From contig JBDREQ010000066.1 in NCBI GenBank assembly GCA_043819555.1, positions 72,695 to 136,694 of the forward strand: a stretch of DNA of 64,000 bases, read 5' to 3'. This stretch comes from Candidatus Zixiibacteriota bacterium (lineage in GTDB: Bacteria > Zixibacteria > MSB-5A5 > GN15 > JAAZOE01). Below are positions 47,123 to 56,362 of the stretch, in pieces (position 1 is the stretch's first letter; each line of letters starts with the position of its first letter). The notes beneath the pieces were generated by a model. It searched no databases. It was not told the DNA's origin and saw only the letters and a program-made list of their open reading frames with translations. Position numbers and translations under genes: made by a program.

Positions 47123-48484
47123 TTATTTATTTTCCAAATACTCCCGGGCATATTTTAACAAAATCTCCGATGTATTGTCATCCGGATTATCTAAAACCTT
47201 TTCCAGAAGATAATCGATTACATCCCCAATAACCGGCGATTCATCCATATTGAATTCACGCTGCAGGTCATTTCCATCTATTTTTAAATCAGAGCGTCCA
47301 AATGGCGACTTGCGATCAATTTCTTCTTTGATAGCTTGTTCCATCACGTCAACATCTTCGGTGGTTCCGCCCATCCCCTGGGCAATGACATCGGCCCGGC
47401 GAAGATCCAGCAAATCAGGAATCAATCGCTGGCCAATGCGACGAATGAAGCGCCGGAGACCTTTAGGGCTGACACCAGTAGTGAACATGTGGCGATCGAC
47501 AAGAAGCGTCACATCATTAATCAAATCATTTGAATAGCGCAGTCGTTTCAAAACTTCCCCGGCAACTTTTGCGCCCGAACCTTCATGTCCATAAAATGTC
47601 ACCCCCGTATCTGTTGCACGCTTATGTTCTGCTTTGGTAATGTCATGGAACAGAGCGGCCAATCTCAGCGCCAGTCTTGGAGGGCAAGCGTCAACTATAT
47701 GCATCGTATGTTCAAAGACATCATAGGCATGAAATCCGCCGGGCTGTTCGCACCCCACAGCAGATAATAACTCAGGAAAAATATATTCCAGCAGGCCGCA
47801 TTTCTCCATTAACCTCAAACCTATCGATGGTTTTTCGGCGAGTAGGAACATTTTATTCAATTCTTCGGCTATGCGCTCGGGAGAAACCGTTTCAATTAAA
47901 TGGGCGTTATCTTTCATTGATTGAAAAGTTGCCGCTTCAATTTCAAATTCAAATCTGGCTGCGAATTGAACGGCACGCAATATCCGCAGGGGATCATCAG
48001 TGAATGAATTTTCGGAAACGACCCGAATAGTTTTTTTCTTAATATCAATCTGTCCGCCAAAGGGATCAATTATCGAATCATCGGCCAGACTACGGGCCAT
48101 GGCGTTAATGGAAAAATCGCGGCGCATTAAATCTTTTTCAATCGGCAAATCGGGATCAAAATCGATATCGAAATCGGTATGCGCCGGGCCGGTCGATATT
48201 TCGGCGCGGGGGAGCGAGAGATCATAAGTGATGGGAACGGTTGATTTTTCAGATTTCTTATGGGGAGTAAATTTAATTACTCCAAAAGAACGGCCCACCA
48301 GATCGACCCGGCCATGCTTAAGCAATAATTTCCGAAGACGTTCAAACGGTATTCCGGATACAAGATAATCGCGATCCTTCATCCCTATCGTTCGATTCAT
48401 TAAGGAATCGCGGACGCATCCGCCAACTTCGTAAATCTGTCCTTCCCGTAAGATTTCCTGCACTATGTTATCCTTCAAATGCAA
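47123..48484 (-). CDS. cca: Class II CCA tRNA nucleotidyltransferase / poly(A) polymerase family with HD domain
   Basis: VGGCVRD, DRD, DLMRRDFSINA, DDPLRILRAVQF, ERIAEE, HT...FHD. Confidence 0.88.
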   Translation of the reverse strand: MHLKDNIVQEILREGQIYEVGGCVRDSLMNRTIGMKDRDYLVSGIPFERLRKLLLKHGRVDLVGRSFGVIKFTPHKKSEKSTVPITYDLSLPRAEISTGPAHTDFDIDFDPDLPIEKDLMRRDFSINAMARSLADDSIIDPFGGQIDIKKKTIRVVSENSFTDDPLRILRAVQFAARFEFEIEAATFQSMKDNAHLIETVSPERIAEELNKMFLLAEKPSIGLRLMEKCGLLEYIFPELLSAVGCEQPGGFHAYDVFEHTMHIVDACPPRLALRLAALFHDITKAEHKRATDTGVTFYGHEGSGAKVAGEVLKRLRYSNDLINDVTLLVDRHMFTTGVSPKGLRRFIRRIGQRLIPDLLDLRRADVIAQGMGGTTEDVDVMEQAIKEEIDRKSPFGRSDLKIDGNDLQREFNMDESPVIGDVIDYLLEKVLDNPDDNTSEILLKYAREYLENK

Positions 48485-48488
48485 ATTC

Positions 48489-49451
48489 CTAATCGGGAAC
48501 TATGCGAGTCCCATGCTTTCCGCCCAGCGCATCAATTGCCTTTTCGAATGAGGTAATTATAACTTCCTTACCTCCGTTAATCAAAAAATCAATAGCCGCT
48601 TCCATTTTAGGTCCCATTGATCCAGACGGGAAATGTCCCTCGCTGATATATTTTTTCGCCTCGGTAACAGAAATGTTATCGAGCCATTTTTGATTTTCCT
48701 GTCCGAAATTAATGGCGACCTTATCAACCGATGTCAGGATAATCAAGATTTCCGCGCCGATTTCACGACCCAGAACGGCTGAGGCGAGGTCTTTATCAAT
48801 CACCGCGTCAACGCCTTCCAATCCCAGCACGGGATCGATATATACCGGTATTCCTCCGCCGCCTGCAGCCAGAACAATTACATGATTGTCAAGAAGCAGT
48901 TTAATGATATCTTTTTCGACACAGGATAGCGGTTTCGGCGAAGCGACAACTCTCCTCCATCCGCGATCGGCATCTTTTTTGACTTGCCACCCGCTTTCAA
49001 AAGCGAGTTGTTTCGCTTTTTCTTCGGTATAAAATTGGCCAACATACTTGGATGGATTTTTTATCGAAGGGTCGGTGTGAGCGACGATCATCTGAGTAAT
49101 GACGGTGCAAACCTTCCGATCCAATCCTTCTTTAGCCAGGCGATTCTGAAGTGATTGCTCAATCATGTACCCCATGCCGCCTTCGGTGTCGGCAACACAT
49201 ATCCCCAGCGGCAGAATGGGCGCCTTCCCGCGACCAAGCTCTACCCTGAGTATGGCATTACCCACCTGAGGACCATTGCCGTGAGTGATACAAAGATCAT
49301 ACCCACGGCTTATCAGATTTATTATCGGAGCCAGTGACAGGCGGGTATTACCAAACTGGTTGGATATCGTGTCTTCAATATCCCGGCGCGTTATGGCATT
49401 TCCGCCCAGCGCGACTATCGCCCGTTTATTATGCGACTCTCTTTGGCTCAT
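48489..49451 (-). CDS. arcC: Carbamate kinase
   Basis: VALGGNA, THGNGPQVG, RRVVASP, GGGGIPV, AVIDKD, GSMGPK. Confidence 0.96.
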   Translation of the reverse strand: MSQRESHNKRAIVALGGNAITRRDIEDTISNQFGNTRLSLAPIINLISRGYDLCITHGNGPQVGNAILRVELGRGKAPILPLGICVADTEGGMGYMIEQSLQNRLAKEGLDRKVCTVITQMIVAHTDPSIKNPSKYVGQFYTEEKAKQLAFESGWQVKKDADRGWRRVVASPKPLSCVEKDIIKLLLDNHVIVLAAGGGGIPVYIDPVLGLEGVDAVIDKDLASAVLGREIGAEILIILTSVDKVAINFGQENQKWLDNISVTEAKKYISEGHFPSGSMGPKMEAAIDFLINGGKEVIITSFEKAIDALGGKHGTRIVPD

Positions 49452-49457
49452 TGGTTT

Positions 49458-50795
49458 CTATTTTTTCTTTCTCGTTTTCTTGGCGAAGGCATTACCCAGA
49501 ACATCGGCCAAATCAGGATGGCCAATTTCCTGAAGATTATACATGACTCGCACCGTCGGATGTTTAATCTTCAGCACCCGACGAAGATCAATCGGCGTCC
49601 CGATAACAACCAAATCGCATTTGGTCGCGTTGATGGTTTTTTCCAGATCCTTGATCTGCTGTCCCGAATAACCCATCGCCGGAAGAAGAACACCAATATC
49701 AGGATACTTCTCGAAAGTTTCCAACATTTTTCCAGTCGCAAAGGGCCGTGGGTCTACCAATTCGGCTGCTCCATATTTTTCGGCAGCGACAACACCGGCG
49801 CCATAAGTCATCTCACCATGCGTCAGAGTCGGGCCGTCTTCTACGACGAGAACCTTTTTGCCAAGGATCCGGCTGCCATTCTCAACATCCAGCGGTGAGG
49901 CGGCATCAATGATTATTGCATTGGGGTTAACGGTTCTAACATTGGAGCGGACCTCTTCGACGCCTTCCGGGGACGCGGAATCAATTTTATTGATAACAAT
50001 AACATCGGCGAGATGAACATTGGAAAGACCGGGATAATAAGTCATTTCATGGCCCGGACGATGCGGATCGACGACGGTGATATAAACATCGGCTTTGTAA
50101 AATGACATATCGTTATTGCCGCCGTCCCAGACAATCACGTCGGCTTCTTTTTCAGCTTCGCGCAGAATCATTTCATAATCAACACCGGCGTAAACGATTA
50201 CACCGCGGTCGATATGAGGCTCGTATTCTTCCCGTTCCTCGATCGTGCATTTATGCTTATCAAGATCAGAATATTTGGCGAATCTCTGACAAGCCTGTTT
50301 GGCCAGATCGCCGTACGGCATAGGGTGACGAATGGCGACTACTTTTTTACCCATATCCTGCAAAACCTGGCAAACACGCCGGGTTGTCTGAGATTTACCG
50401 CATCCGGTACGGGCGGCGCAAACCGCTACAACCGGTTTTTTGCTCTTTACCATAGTGGGTTCACCGCCGGCCAGCGAGAATGCCCCTCCCATGGCTATAA
50501 CCCGAGAAGCTTTTGCCATTACACCTTCAAATGGAATATCGCTATAAGAAAAAACAACCTCATCTGCCTTGTACTTCACAATTAGCTTCGGAAGATCGGC
50601 TTCATCATATATCGGAATACCTTTCGGATAGAGTTTCCCGGCCAAAGATTTTGGGTATTTACGCCCATCTATATCGGGAATTTGCGTCGCCGTAAAAGCG
50701 ACAACTTCATAGTCTTTATTGTCGCGATATAAACAATTGAAGTTATGAAAATCCCTGCCTGCGGCCCCCATTATGATAATTTTCCTTCGTGACAT
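49458..50795 (-). CDS. arcE: Arginine synthetase ArcE-like P-loop ATPase (family often annotated as cyclic 2,3-diphosphoglycerate synthetase or GTPase)
   Basis: IIIMGAAGRDFHNFN, AFTATQIP, RTGCGKSQT, RHPMPYG, TIEEREEYE, WDGGNND, EDGPTLTHG, PAMGY; 6 nt upstream of arcC. Confidence 0.78.
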   Translation of the reverse strand: MSRRKIIIMGAAGRDFHNFNCLYRDNKDYEVVAFTATQIPDIDGRKYPKSLAGKLYPKGIPIYDEADLPKLIVKYKADEVVFSYSDIPFEGVMAKASRVIAMGGAFSLAGGEPTMVKSKKPVVAVCAARTGCGKSQTTRRVCQVLQDMGKKVVAIRHPMPYGDLAKQACQRFAKYSDLDKHKCTIEEREEYEPHIDRGVIVYAGVDYEMILREAEKEADVIVWDGGNNDMSFYKADVYITVVDPHRPGHEMTYYPGLSNVHLADVIVINKIDSASPEGVEEVRSNVRTVNPNAIIIDAASPLDVENGSRILGKKVLVVEDGPTLTHGEMTYGAGVVAAEKYGAAELVDPRPFATGKMLETFEKYPDIGVLLPAMGYSGQQIKDLEKTINATKCDLVVIGTPIDLRRVLKIKHPTVRVMYNLQEIGHPDLADVLGNAFAKKTRKKK

Positions 50796-50970
50796 TTTTT
50801 ATTTCTCCATTTTCGTTTTCAATTTCGGTTTAATCAAATTACGCATAAATTTCGTTTCCGCAGGTTTTATATTGCCGAAGCGTGCCAGACAGTTTCGATT
50901 AGAAATCTTTTCCAGCCGGTGCGAAATAGTCGTTTATTTTTTCGGTTCATGTTCACAATCTAAATCAAGT

Positions 50971-52467
50971 TTACTGGTTATCTATTTGAGCCCTCTGAAT
51001 TGTCCCCGAAAAATCGACATAAACCGATTTCCATTCGGAAAATACTTCCAAAGCTTGCGTACAGGCTTCGCGATGGCCGTTACCGGTATGCTTGACGCCT
51101 CCAAACGGGAGATGTGTCTCGGCTCCGATAGTAGGAGCGTTGACATAAAATATCCCGGTATAAACATCACGCATGGCTGAGAACGCGCGATTGACATCCT
51201 GAGTATAAATCGAAGCTGACAATCCGTAAGCGCAATCATTGGCCAGCTTGATGGCGTGGTCATAGCTCCTGGCCGGAATCAGATCAGTTACTGAGCCGAA
51301 AATTTCTTCTTTGAAGATGCGCATTTTGTTAGTCACATCGCCAAAAATAGTCGGTTGGGTATACCAGCCTTTATTGTACTTCCCGCCTTTAAGACGTCCC
51401 CCTCCGCACAGAAGCTTGGCGCCGTCTTCTTCTTTGCCAATACGCATATATTCGAGAACGGTATTCATTTGAGATTCGTTCACTGCCGGACCCATTTCCG
51501 TTTTATCATTAAGTCCGTTGCCCACTTTCAATGCTTTTGCACGGGCAACAAATTTTCGTGCGAACCTGTTATATATATCTTTGTGGAGAATAATCCGCGA
51601 TGAGGCCGTACAGCGTTGTCCGGTTGTACCAAAGGCTCCCCAGAGGGCTCCGTCGACTGCTAAATCAATCCTGGCATCGTCCATAACGATAATGCAGTTT
51701 TTGCCACCCATCTCAAGATGGCAATGTTTGAATTCGGGAGCGCATGCCTCAGAAATTCTGCGACCAATTTGAGTCGATCCGGTAAAAGAAATACATCCGA
51801 CCCGTTTATCACGCATCAAAGGCTCCCCAACAGCCCCACCGGAACCTGTGACCATGTTTACGACTCCCGATGGAAGCCCTTCTTCGTGCATAATTTTGAC
51901 GAGGTTGACAACCGATAACGGGGTATCTGTGGCCGGTTTGATCACAACCGTATTTCCCATAACTATAGCCGGCATCATTTTCCATGACGGAATCGCCATT
52001 GGGAAATTCCACGGAGTAATCATGCCGCAGACACCGAGAGGCTGGCGAATCGACATGGCGAATTTGTTATACATTTCTGATGGCGTAGTCTGTCCGAATG
52101 ACCGACGGCCTTCTCCGGCCATATAAAATGTCATGTCAATCGCTTCCTGAACATCGCCCCGGGTTTCGGGCAATATCTTGCCCATCTCACGCGTCATATC
52201 GCGCGAAAGTTGCTCTTTTTCTTTAAGTAATCGCTGGGCGATCTTGTATAAAATTTCTCCTCGTTTGGGAGCTGGAACTAAACGCCATGTTTTGTACGCT
52301 TCCGTGGCGGCGTTGATGGCATCGTTAACATCCCGTTCATCCGATTTCTGAAAATGTCCGATAACATCAGTCGTATCCGCCGGATTAATGTTTGGAAAAG
52401 TCTTGCCGGTATGAGATCTTACCCATTGACCATTTATAAAATTTCTGTATGTTTTCGGTCTTGCCAT
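50971..52467 (-). CDS. NAD(P)-dependent aldehyde dehydrogenase
   Basis: ITPWNFP, KPA, FTGST, LEMGGKN, GQRCTA, EEIFG, PFGG.K.TG. Confidence 0.93.
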   Translation of the reverse strand: MARPKTYRNFINGQWVRSHTGKTFPNINPADTTDVIGHFQKSDERDVNDAINAATEAYKTWRLVPAPKRGEILYKIAQRLLKEKEQLSRDMTREMGKILPETRGDVQEAIDMTFYMAGEGRRSFGQTTPSEMYNKFAMSIRQPLGVCGMITPWNFPMAIPSWKMMPAIVMGNTVVIKPATDTPLSVVNLVKIMHEEGLPSGVVNMVTGSGGAVGEPLMRDKRVGCISFTGSTQIGRRISEACAPEFKHCHLEMGGKNCIIVMDDARIDLAVDGALWGAFGTTGQRCTASSRIILHKDIYNRFARKFVARAKALKVGNGLNDKTEMGPAVNESQMNTVLEYMRIGKEEDGAKLLCGGGRLKGGKYNKGWYTQPTIFGDVTNKMRIFKEEIFGSVTDLIPARSYDHAIKLANDCAYGLSASIYTQDVNRAFSAMRDVYTGIFYVNAPTIGAETHLPFGGVKHTGNGHREACTQALEVFSEWKSVYVDFSGTIQRAQIDNQ

Positions 52468-52524
52468 TCCGTCCTCCTGAAATTTATATTCGCCAACAAA
52501 TTTGCGATTTTTTTTAACGACCAG

Positions 52525-52542
52525 TAGTGAAATATTTCACTA
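52525..52542. promoter_or_regulatory. Rex-like operator (perfect 18-bp palindrome)
   Basis: TAGTGAAATATTTCACTA versus the Rex consensus TTGTGAA-N4-TTCACAA; about 60 nt upstream of the ALDH start. Confidence 0.65.
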
Positions 52543-52735
52543 TCTCGTCCAAGACAGATAATATATTCGTTTAAAATTGAAAGTCAAATCATTTAGGCAT
52601 TTTGGTTGAGAATATTCACGTTGTGGGGCAATGAGTTACGAGGGTATTTAAATGAGAGGCAGATATGATAATTTTTGCCCGTGAAATTTCTCGAATATAT
52701 AAATTTCGCGGTCAATATTGCATCCGTTTGATAAA

Positions 52736-53518
52736 TTATTTTGATCTGTTTTTAGCGCGTATCACAAACACCCAGGCGGGCAAAAAAGTATAAACAATCT
52801 TAAACATCCAATGTGGCATTCGGGTTAGAAATGAATTTGGTTTTATGACATCATCGGCATAATATTTTTCAGGATTGTCTATCAGCCGCCTGGTATAGTC
52901 TATCAAATCGAAATCTTTAAGCAGTTTTCGGAGATTTCGCAGGGATAACAGGTAGACATCATATTTGACTTTACGGCCCATTAGCTTCAGGTAAATGTGA
53001 GACATCCACAGTGGCATCCATGACAGACAAGGCAAAAAATAATGGCCCTCAATGAAGACGAAGCGATTCCCTGCGCCAAAATAACAAAACCCGTCAGGTG
53101 ATAACAGGCGTTTAATTTCGGATGTCAGACCGCGCTGATCCTCGACATGTTCATATACCTGATTGCAAATGATGACATCGACCGAACCGCTTTTCAATGC
53201 TGATTTAGTTCCATCGCTGCATAAATAATCAATATTTGATAACGGTTTCTTTCGCTTGCCTGATCTTAAGCCTACAACGTCAACATCAAGGGCAATTACG
53301 CGTTTAAAATGTTGAGAGAATAATCCGGTCATAATAGAAGTGGATGCTCCCAGATCAAGAGCGATTAATTCATTCAGCGGACGTGAAGAATAATCCTGGC
53401 ACACGGCAATAACTTTGGCCGCTTTTTTATTGCGTTGATCTTCATTGAAAAGGACTGGGAATCTTTCCGAAAAGGTGCCATCTTTTTCATAATCGTATTT
53501 TATCTGCGTTGTACTCAT
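52736..53518 (-). CDS. Class I SAM-dependent methyltransferase
   Basis: ALDLGAS, ALDVD, DVIICNQVYEHV, RLLSPDG. Confidence 0.85.
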   Translation of the reverse strand: MSTTQIKYDYEKDGTFSERFPVLFNEDQRNKKAAKVIAVCQDYSSRPLNELIALDLGASTSIMTGLFSQHFKRVIALDVDVVGLRSGKRKKPLSNIDYLCSDGTKSALKSGSVDVIICNQVYEHVEDQRGLTSEIKRLLSPDGFCYFGAGNRFVFIEGHYFLPCLSWMPLWMSHIYLKLMGRKVKYDVYLLSLRNLRKLLKDFDLIDYTRRLIDNPEKYYADDVIKPNSFLTRMPHWMFKIVYTFLPAWVFVIRAKNRSK

Positions 53519-54194
53519 TCGGCTCCAACATGTAAATTTGGGATAAAGAAAACAATCCGGGTATAATCCGGGCCAGCATTTTTCCCAGCGGCTGGAGAAT
53601 TTTCCAATGTGGCGGGAATATCGAAACTGGGATTGTTTTCAGGACTGTCAATTCTGTTTTTATGAACAATTCTCTGACTCGTTTCGGTGAGAACAAACGG
53701 ATATGTGATTCTTCGAAATGGCCAAGATGACTTTTCCCCAATACTAATTTTATCCTCGATAATAAATGGAATTCATTTGGAACGGATATGATTAAACAAC
53801 CATTTGCATAGAGAGCCTGCCTGAATTTCTGAATAATTTTGATCGGGTCAAAAACCTGCTGGAGAACTTCCAGGCACATAATGACATCATATTTTTCCGG
53901 TAACGGTTCAGTCTCCAGATCACAAATAAAAGCATCATAACCCTGCCGTATTAAATCATTAACGGTATCGGTCGCGATATCGCATCCGCCGATAACATAT
54001 CCATGCTGGCGCAGATAAATTAAAACCGTCCCCCGACCGCATCCGACATCAATAATTTTTTGACCCTTATCTTTGCGCAATAGAGATTCAACGAATTTAG
54101 CCCTCTGAATTGAACGGGCATCGGCGCTCGATATATCGCGTGTATGCCAGTAATTATTGAAGTACGCCCTTTTATGTGAGACATTGCTTAACAC
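53487..54194 (-). CDS. Class I SAM-dependent methyltransferase
   Basis: IIDVGCGRG, YDVIMCLEVL, IISVPN. Confidence 0.87.
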   Translation of the reverse strand: MLSNVSHKRAYFNNYWHTRDISSADARSIQRAKFVESLLRKDKGQKIIDVGCGRGTVLIYLRQHGYVIGGCDIATDTVNDLIRQGYDAFICDLETEPLPEKYDVIMCLEVLQQVFDPIKIIQKFRQALYANGCLIISVPNEFHLLSRIKLVLGKSHLGHFEESHIRLFSPKRVRELFIKTELTVLKTIPVSIFPPHWKILQPLGKMLARIIPGLFSLSQIYMLEPNEYNADKIRL

Positions 54195-55341
54195 AGCGCG
54201 GGTTCCTTTTGATTTGCATCATGCGATAAATATTTTTTCAACCATTCGGCAAACGTACTGGCGGCGCGATCGACATCAAGTTCCTCGACGCAAGAGTTAA
54301 AATGACCGGAATCAAACGACATACCCTGAATTATTTTTCTCATCGCATCGGCAAGCTCTCTCGGTGAATTATGGGGAACGACAAGGCCGGTTTGGTATTT
54401 TTCCGTAAAGTGTTTTAAATCTCCTATGTCGGTCACTATCACCGGCCTTTTTAACTGCATTGCTTCGCCGAAAGTAAGCGGCAGAGAATCGGCGTGCGTC
54501 GGGATTACAACCGCCGCCGAACTCGATGCAATTCGAAACATCTTATCCCGGGTCAAAAATCCCAGATTTTTAATTCGGTCACTTAAACCATATGCATCAA
54601 TTTTAGACTGCAGTTTATTTTTATCGGGACCATCACCAATAAAACAAAGCGACCACGATGGAAATTCCTCTTGAATCAGATGAAACGCTTCCAGCAGATC
54701 AAAAACTCCCTTTGATTTACATACGCGGCCGGGACAAACGACATAGTTCTCGGTTCGCGCCTTCTCTTCCACCCGAAAATCAACTTTGCGCATAGATGGT
54801 AAAAAGTAACATTGACGATCTGATAATTTTTGGACTAATTCCCCAAGAGCAATGCCATCGCTATAGATGCAATCGGCCGATTGAATTACATCAATTATTT
54901 CTTTCCCACGAACGGAAGCCGGGCGTAAGAATGAATATCAGAGCCAAGACACCAAACCGCATACGGAACGCTATAAAGATTTTTTAATTTTCTGGCAAAG
55001 ATACCCGAAGGAGCAGCCCACAAGGCCAGCACAAAATCAAATTTCTTTTCTTGATGGAGTGTTTTTGTCTGGCTCCATCCGTTTCTGAAATATTTATAAC
55101 TTTTGTACCAACTTCGAGGCGAATACTTAGGGATAGAACCGATTGTCTTTTTTGTTTCCGACCACTTAAATCTTATCGCATTATATTCGTCGTCATATCG
55201 CTCGGCCTGGTGAAAAGGCGTCAGAACGGTCACATCGATTTCATTTTGCCTGAGACGTTTGACAAAATCAAAGACAAACGGAGAAGCCCCATCATCGGGA
55301 TGAGCCGGGTATCGATTGGATATGACAAGCAATTTAGTCAA
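54188..55341 (-). CDS. GT4 (GT-B) glycosyltransferase interrupted by a -1 frameshift near 54901 (programmed frameshift, pseudogene or sequence error)
   Basis: N-half ORF 54895-55341 (LLVISNRYP...GSDI) stops at GTG GGA AAG AAA TAA; the -1 frame continues EIIDVIQSADCIYSDG...PSMRKV into ORF 54188-54793 (GR..SKG, EAM, TDIGD). Joined product is about 384 aa. Confidence 0.85.
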
Positions 55342-56362
55342 CGCTCACCCTCTGTTTTTCTTCTTCTTTTTCAATTTGCGGTTCATCTTTATTCTCGATC
55401 TTTTTAATCGATTGAATTATTTCGCCCTGGCGCCTCTGCATGCGGAATATCTCACGGCGCAAACTGACGAGAAGCGAACCCAAAAAACCGAAAAGTAAAA
55501 CCTGCATCCCAGCCAGAAGGACAATTATCATCAGTGTCATCAGGGGGCGGTTGGGATTCAGCTGAGCATTCTGCCATAAGTAAATTATGTAGCTTCCCAT
55601 CCCGAGACCGACCAGAATCAGTAATGATCCGACCGCGCCGAAAAGTATCGATGGCTTTTCAAAGAACGAGAACAAAATATGGGAAAAGGCTGTCGCTTTG
55701 AAACGAAACTTCGATTTGCCTTTAATCCTTCCGGTTAATTCGGCCGGGAATTCAATCAGGCGGAATCCGGCCGCAATCCCCTTGGACAAAATTTCGAGAT
55801 GGATTTCTTTGCCATCCGATTCCAAATCCAGCGATTGAATCGCCGAGGCTTTATAGCCTCTTAATATTCCTGTCACCGTTCTTATATTACCAGGCATTAT
55901 CCGCGATAAAAATAGATTGGCCATCCGGCTGATGAAGAGTCTTTTGGGCGGGACGTTTTTTGTCGAGCCACCTGCCATGTAAGGCGAGCCGATAACCATA
56001 TCAGGCGCTTCAGGAAGGCTCAGTATCTGATACATAGCCGGCAGATAGGCTTCATCATAGGAAAGGTCGGCGTCGCAGGTCAGGATGTATTTCCCTTGTG
56101 CATGTGCGATGCCAGTCCTGATCGCTCTCCCCCGCCCCGAATTATCGGGATAACCGACCGGACGCAGAGCATCATTCTGCCGGGCCATAGCCTGCAATTT
56201 CTCCATTGTATTATCATTTGAACCATCGTCCACCGCGATAATTTCAAAGGGGACATTTAAGATTTTCAAAGCGGCCTTGATTTTTTCAATATTGCCCGGC
56301 AGATTGTCGGCTTCATTATACATTGGGACAACAACCGATATTTCGATACGTTCTTTATTCAT
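55334..56362 (-). CDS. GT2 polyprenol-phosphate glycosyltransferase (DPM1/ArnC-like)
   Basis: ISVVVPMYNE, VDDGSND, NSGRGRAI, DADL, two C-terminal TM helices. Confidence 0.9.
   Translation of the reverse strand: MNKERIEISVVVPMYNEADNLPGNIEKIKAALKILNVPFEIIAVDDGSNDNTMEKLQAMARQNDALRPVGYPDNSGRGRAIRTGIAHAQGKYILTCDADLSYDEAYLPAMYQILSLPEAPDMVIGSPYMAGGSTKNVPPKRLFISRMANLFLSRIMPGNIRTVTGILRGYKASAIQSLDLESDGKEIHLEILSKGIAAGFRLIEFPAELTGRIKGKSKFRFKATAFSHILFSFFEKPSILFGAVGSLLILVGLGMGSYIIYLWQNAQLNPNRPLMTLMIIVLLAGMQVLLFGFLGSLLVSLRREIFRMQRRQGEIIQSIKKIENKDEPQIEKEEEKQRVSVD

Noticed and set aside
49458..50795. Cyclic 2,3-diphosphoglycerate synthetase annotation
   Set aside because: No 2-phosphoglycerate kinase nearby; tight linkage to carbamate kinase and the GAAGRDFHNFN N-terminus favour the ArcE-type subfamily, though this is not proven.
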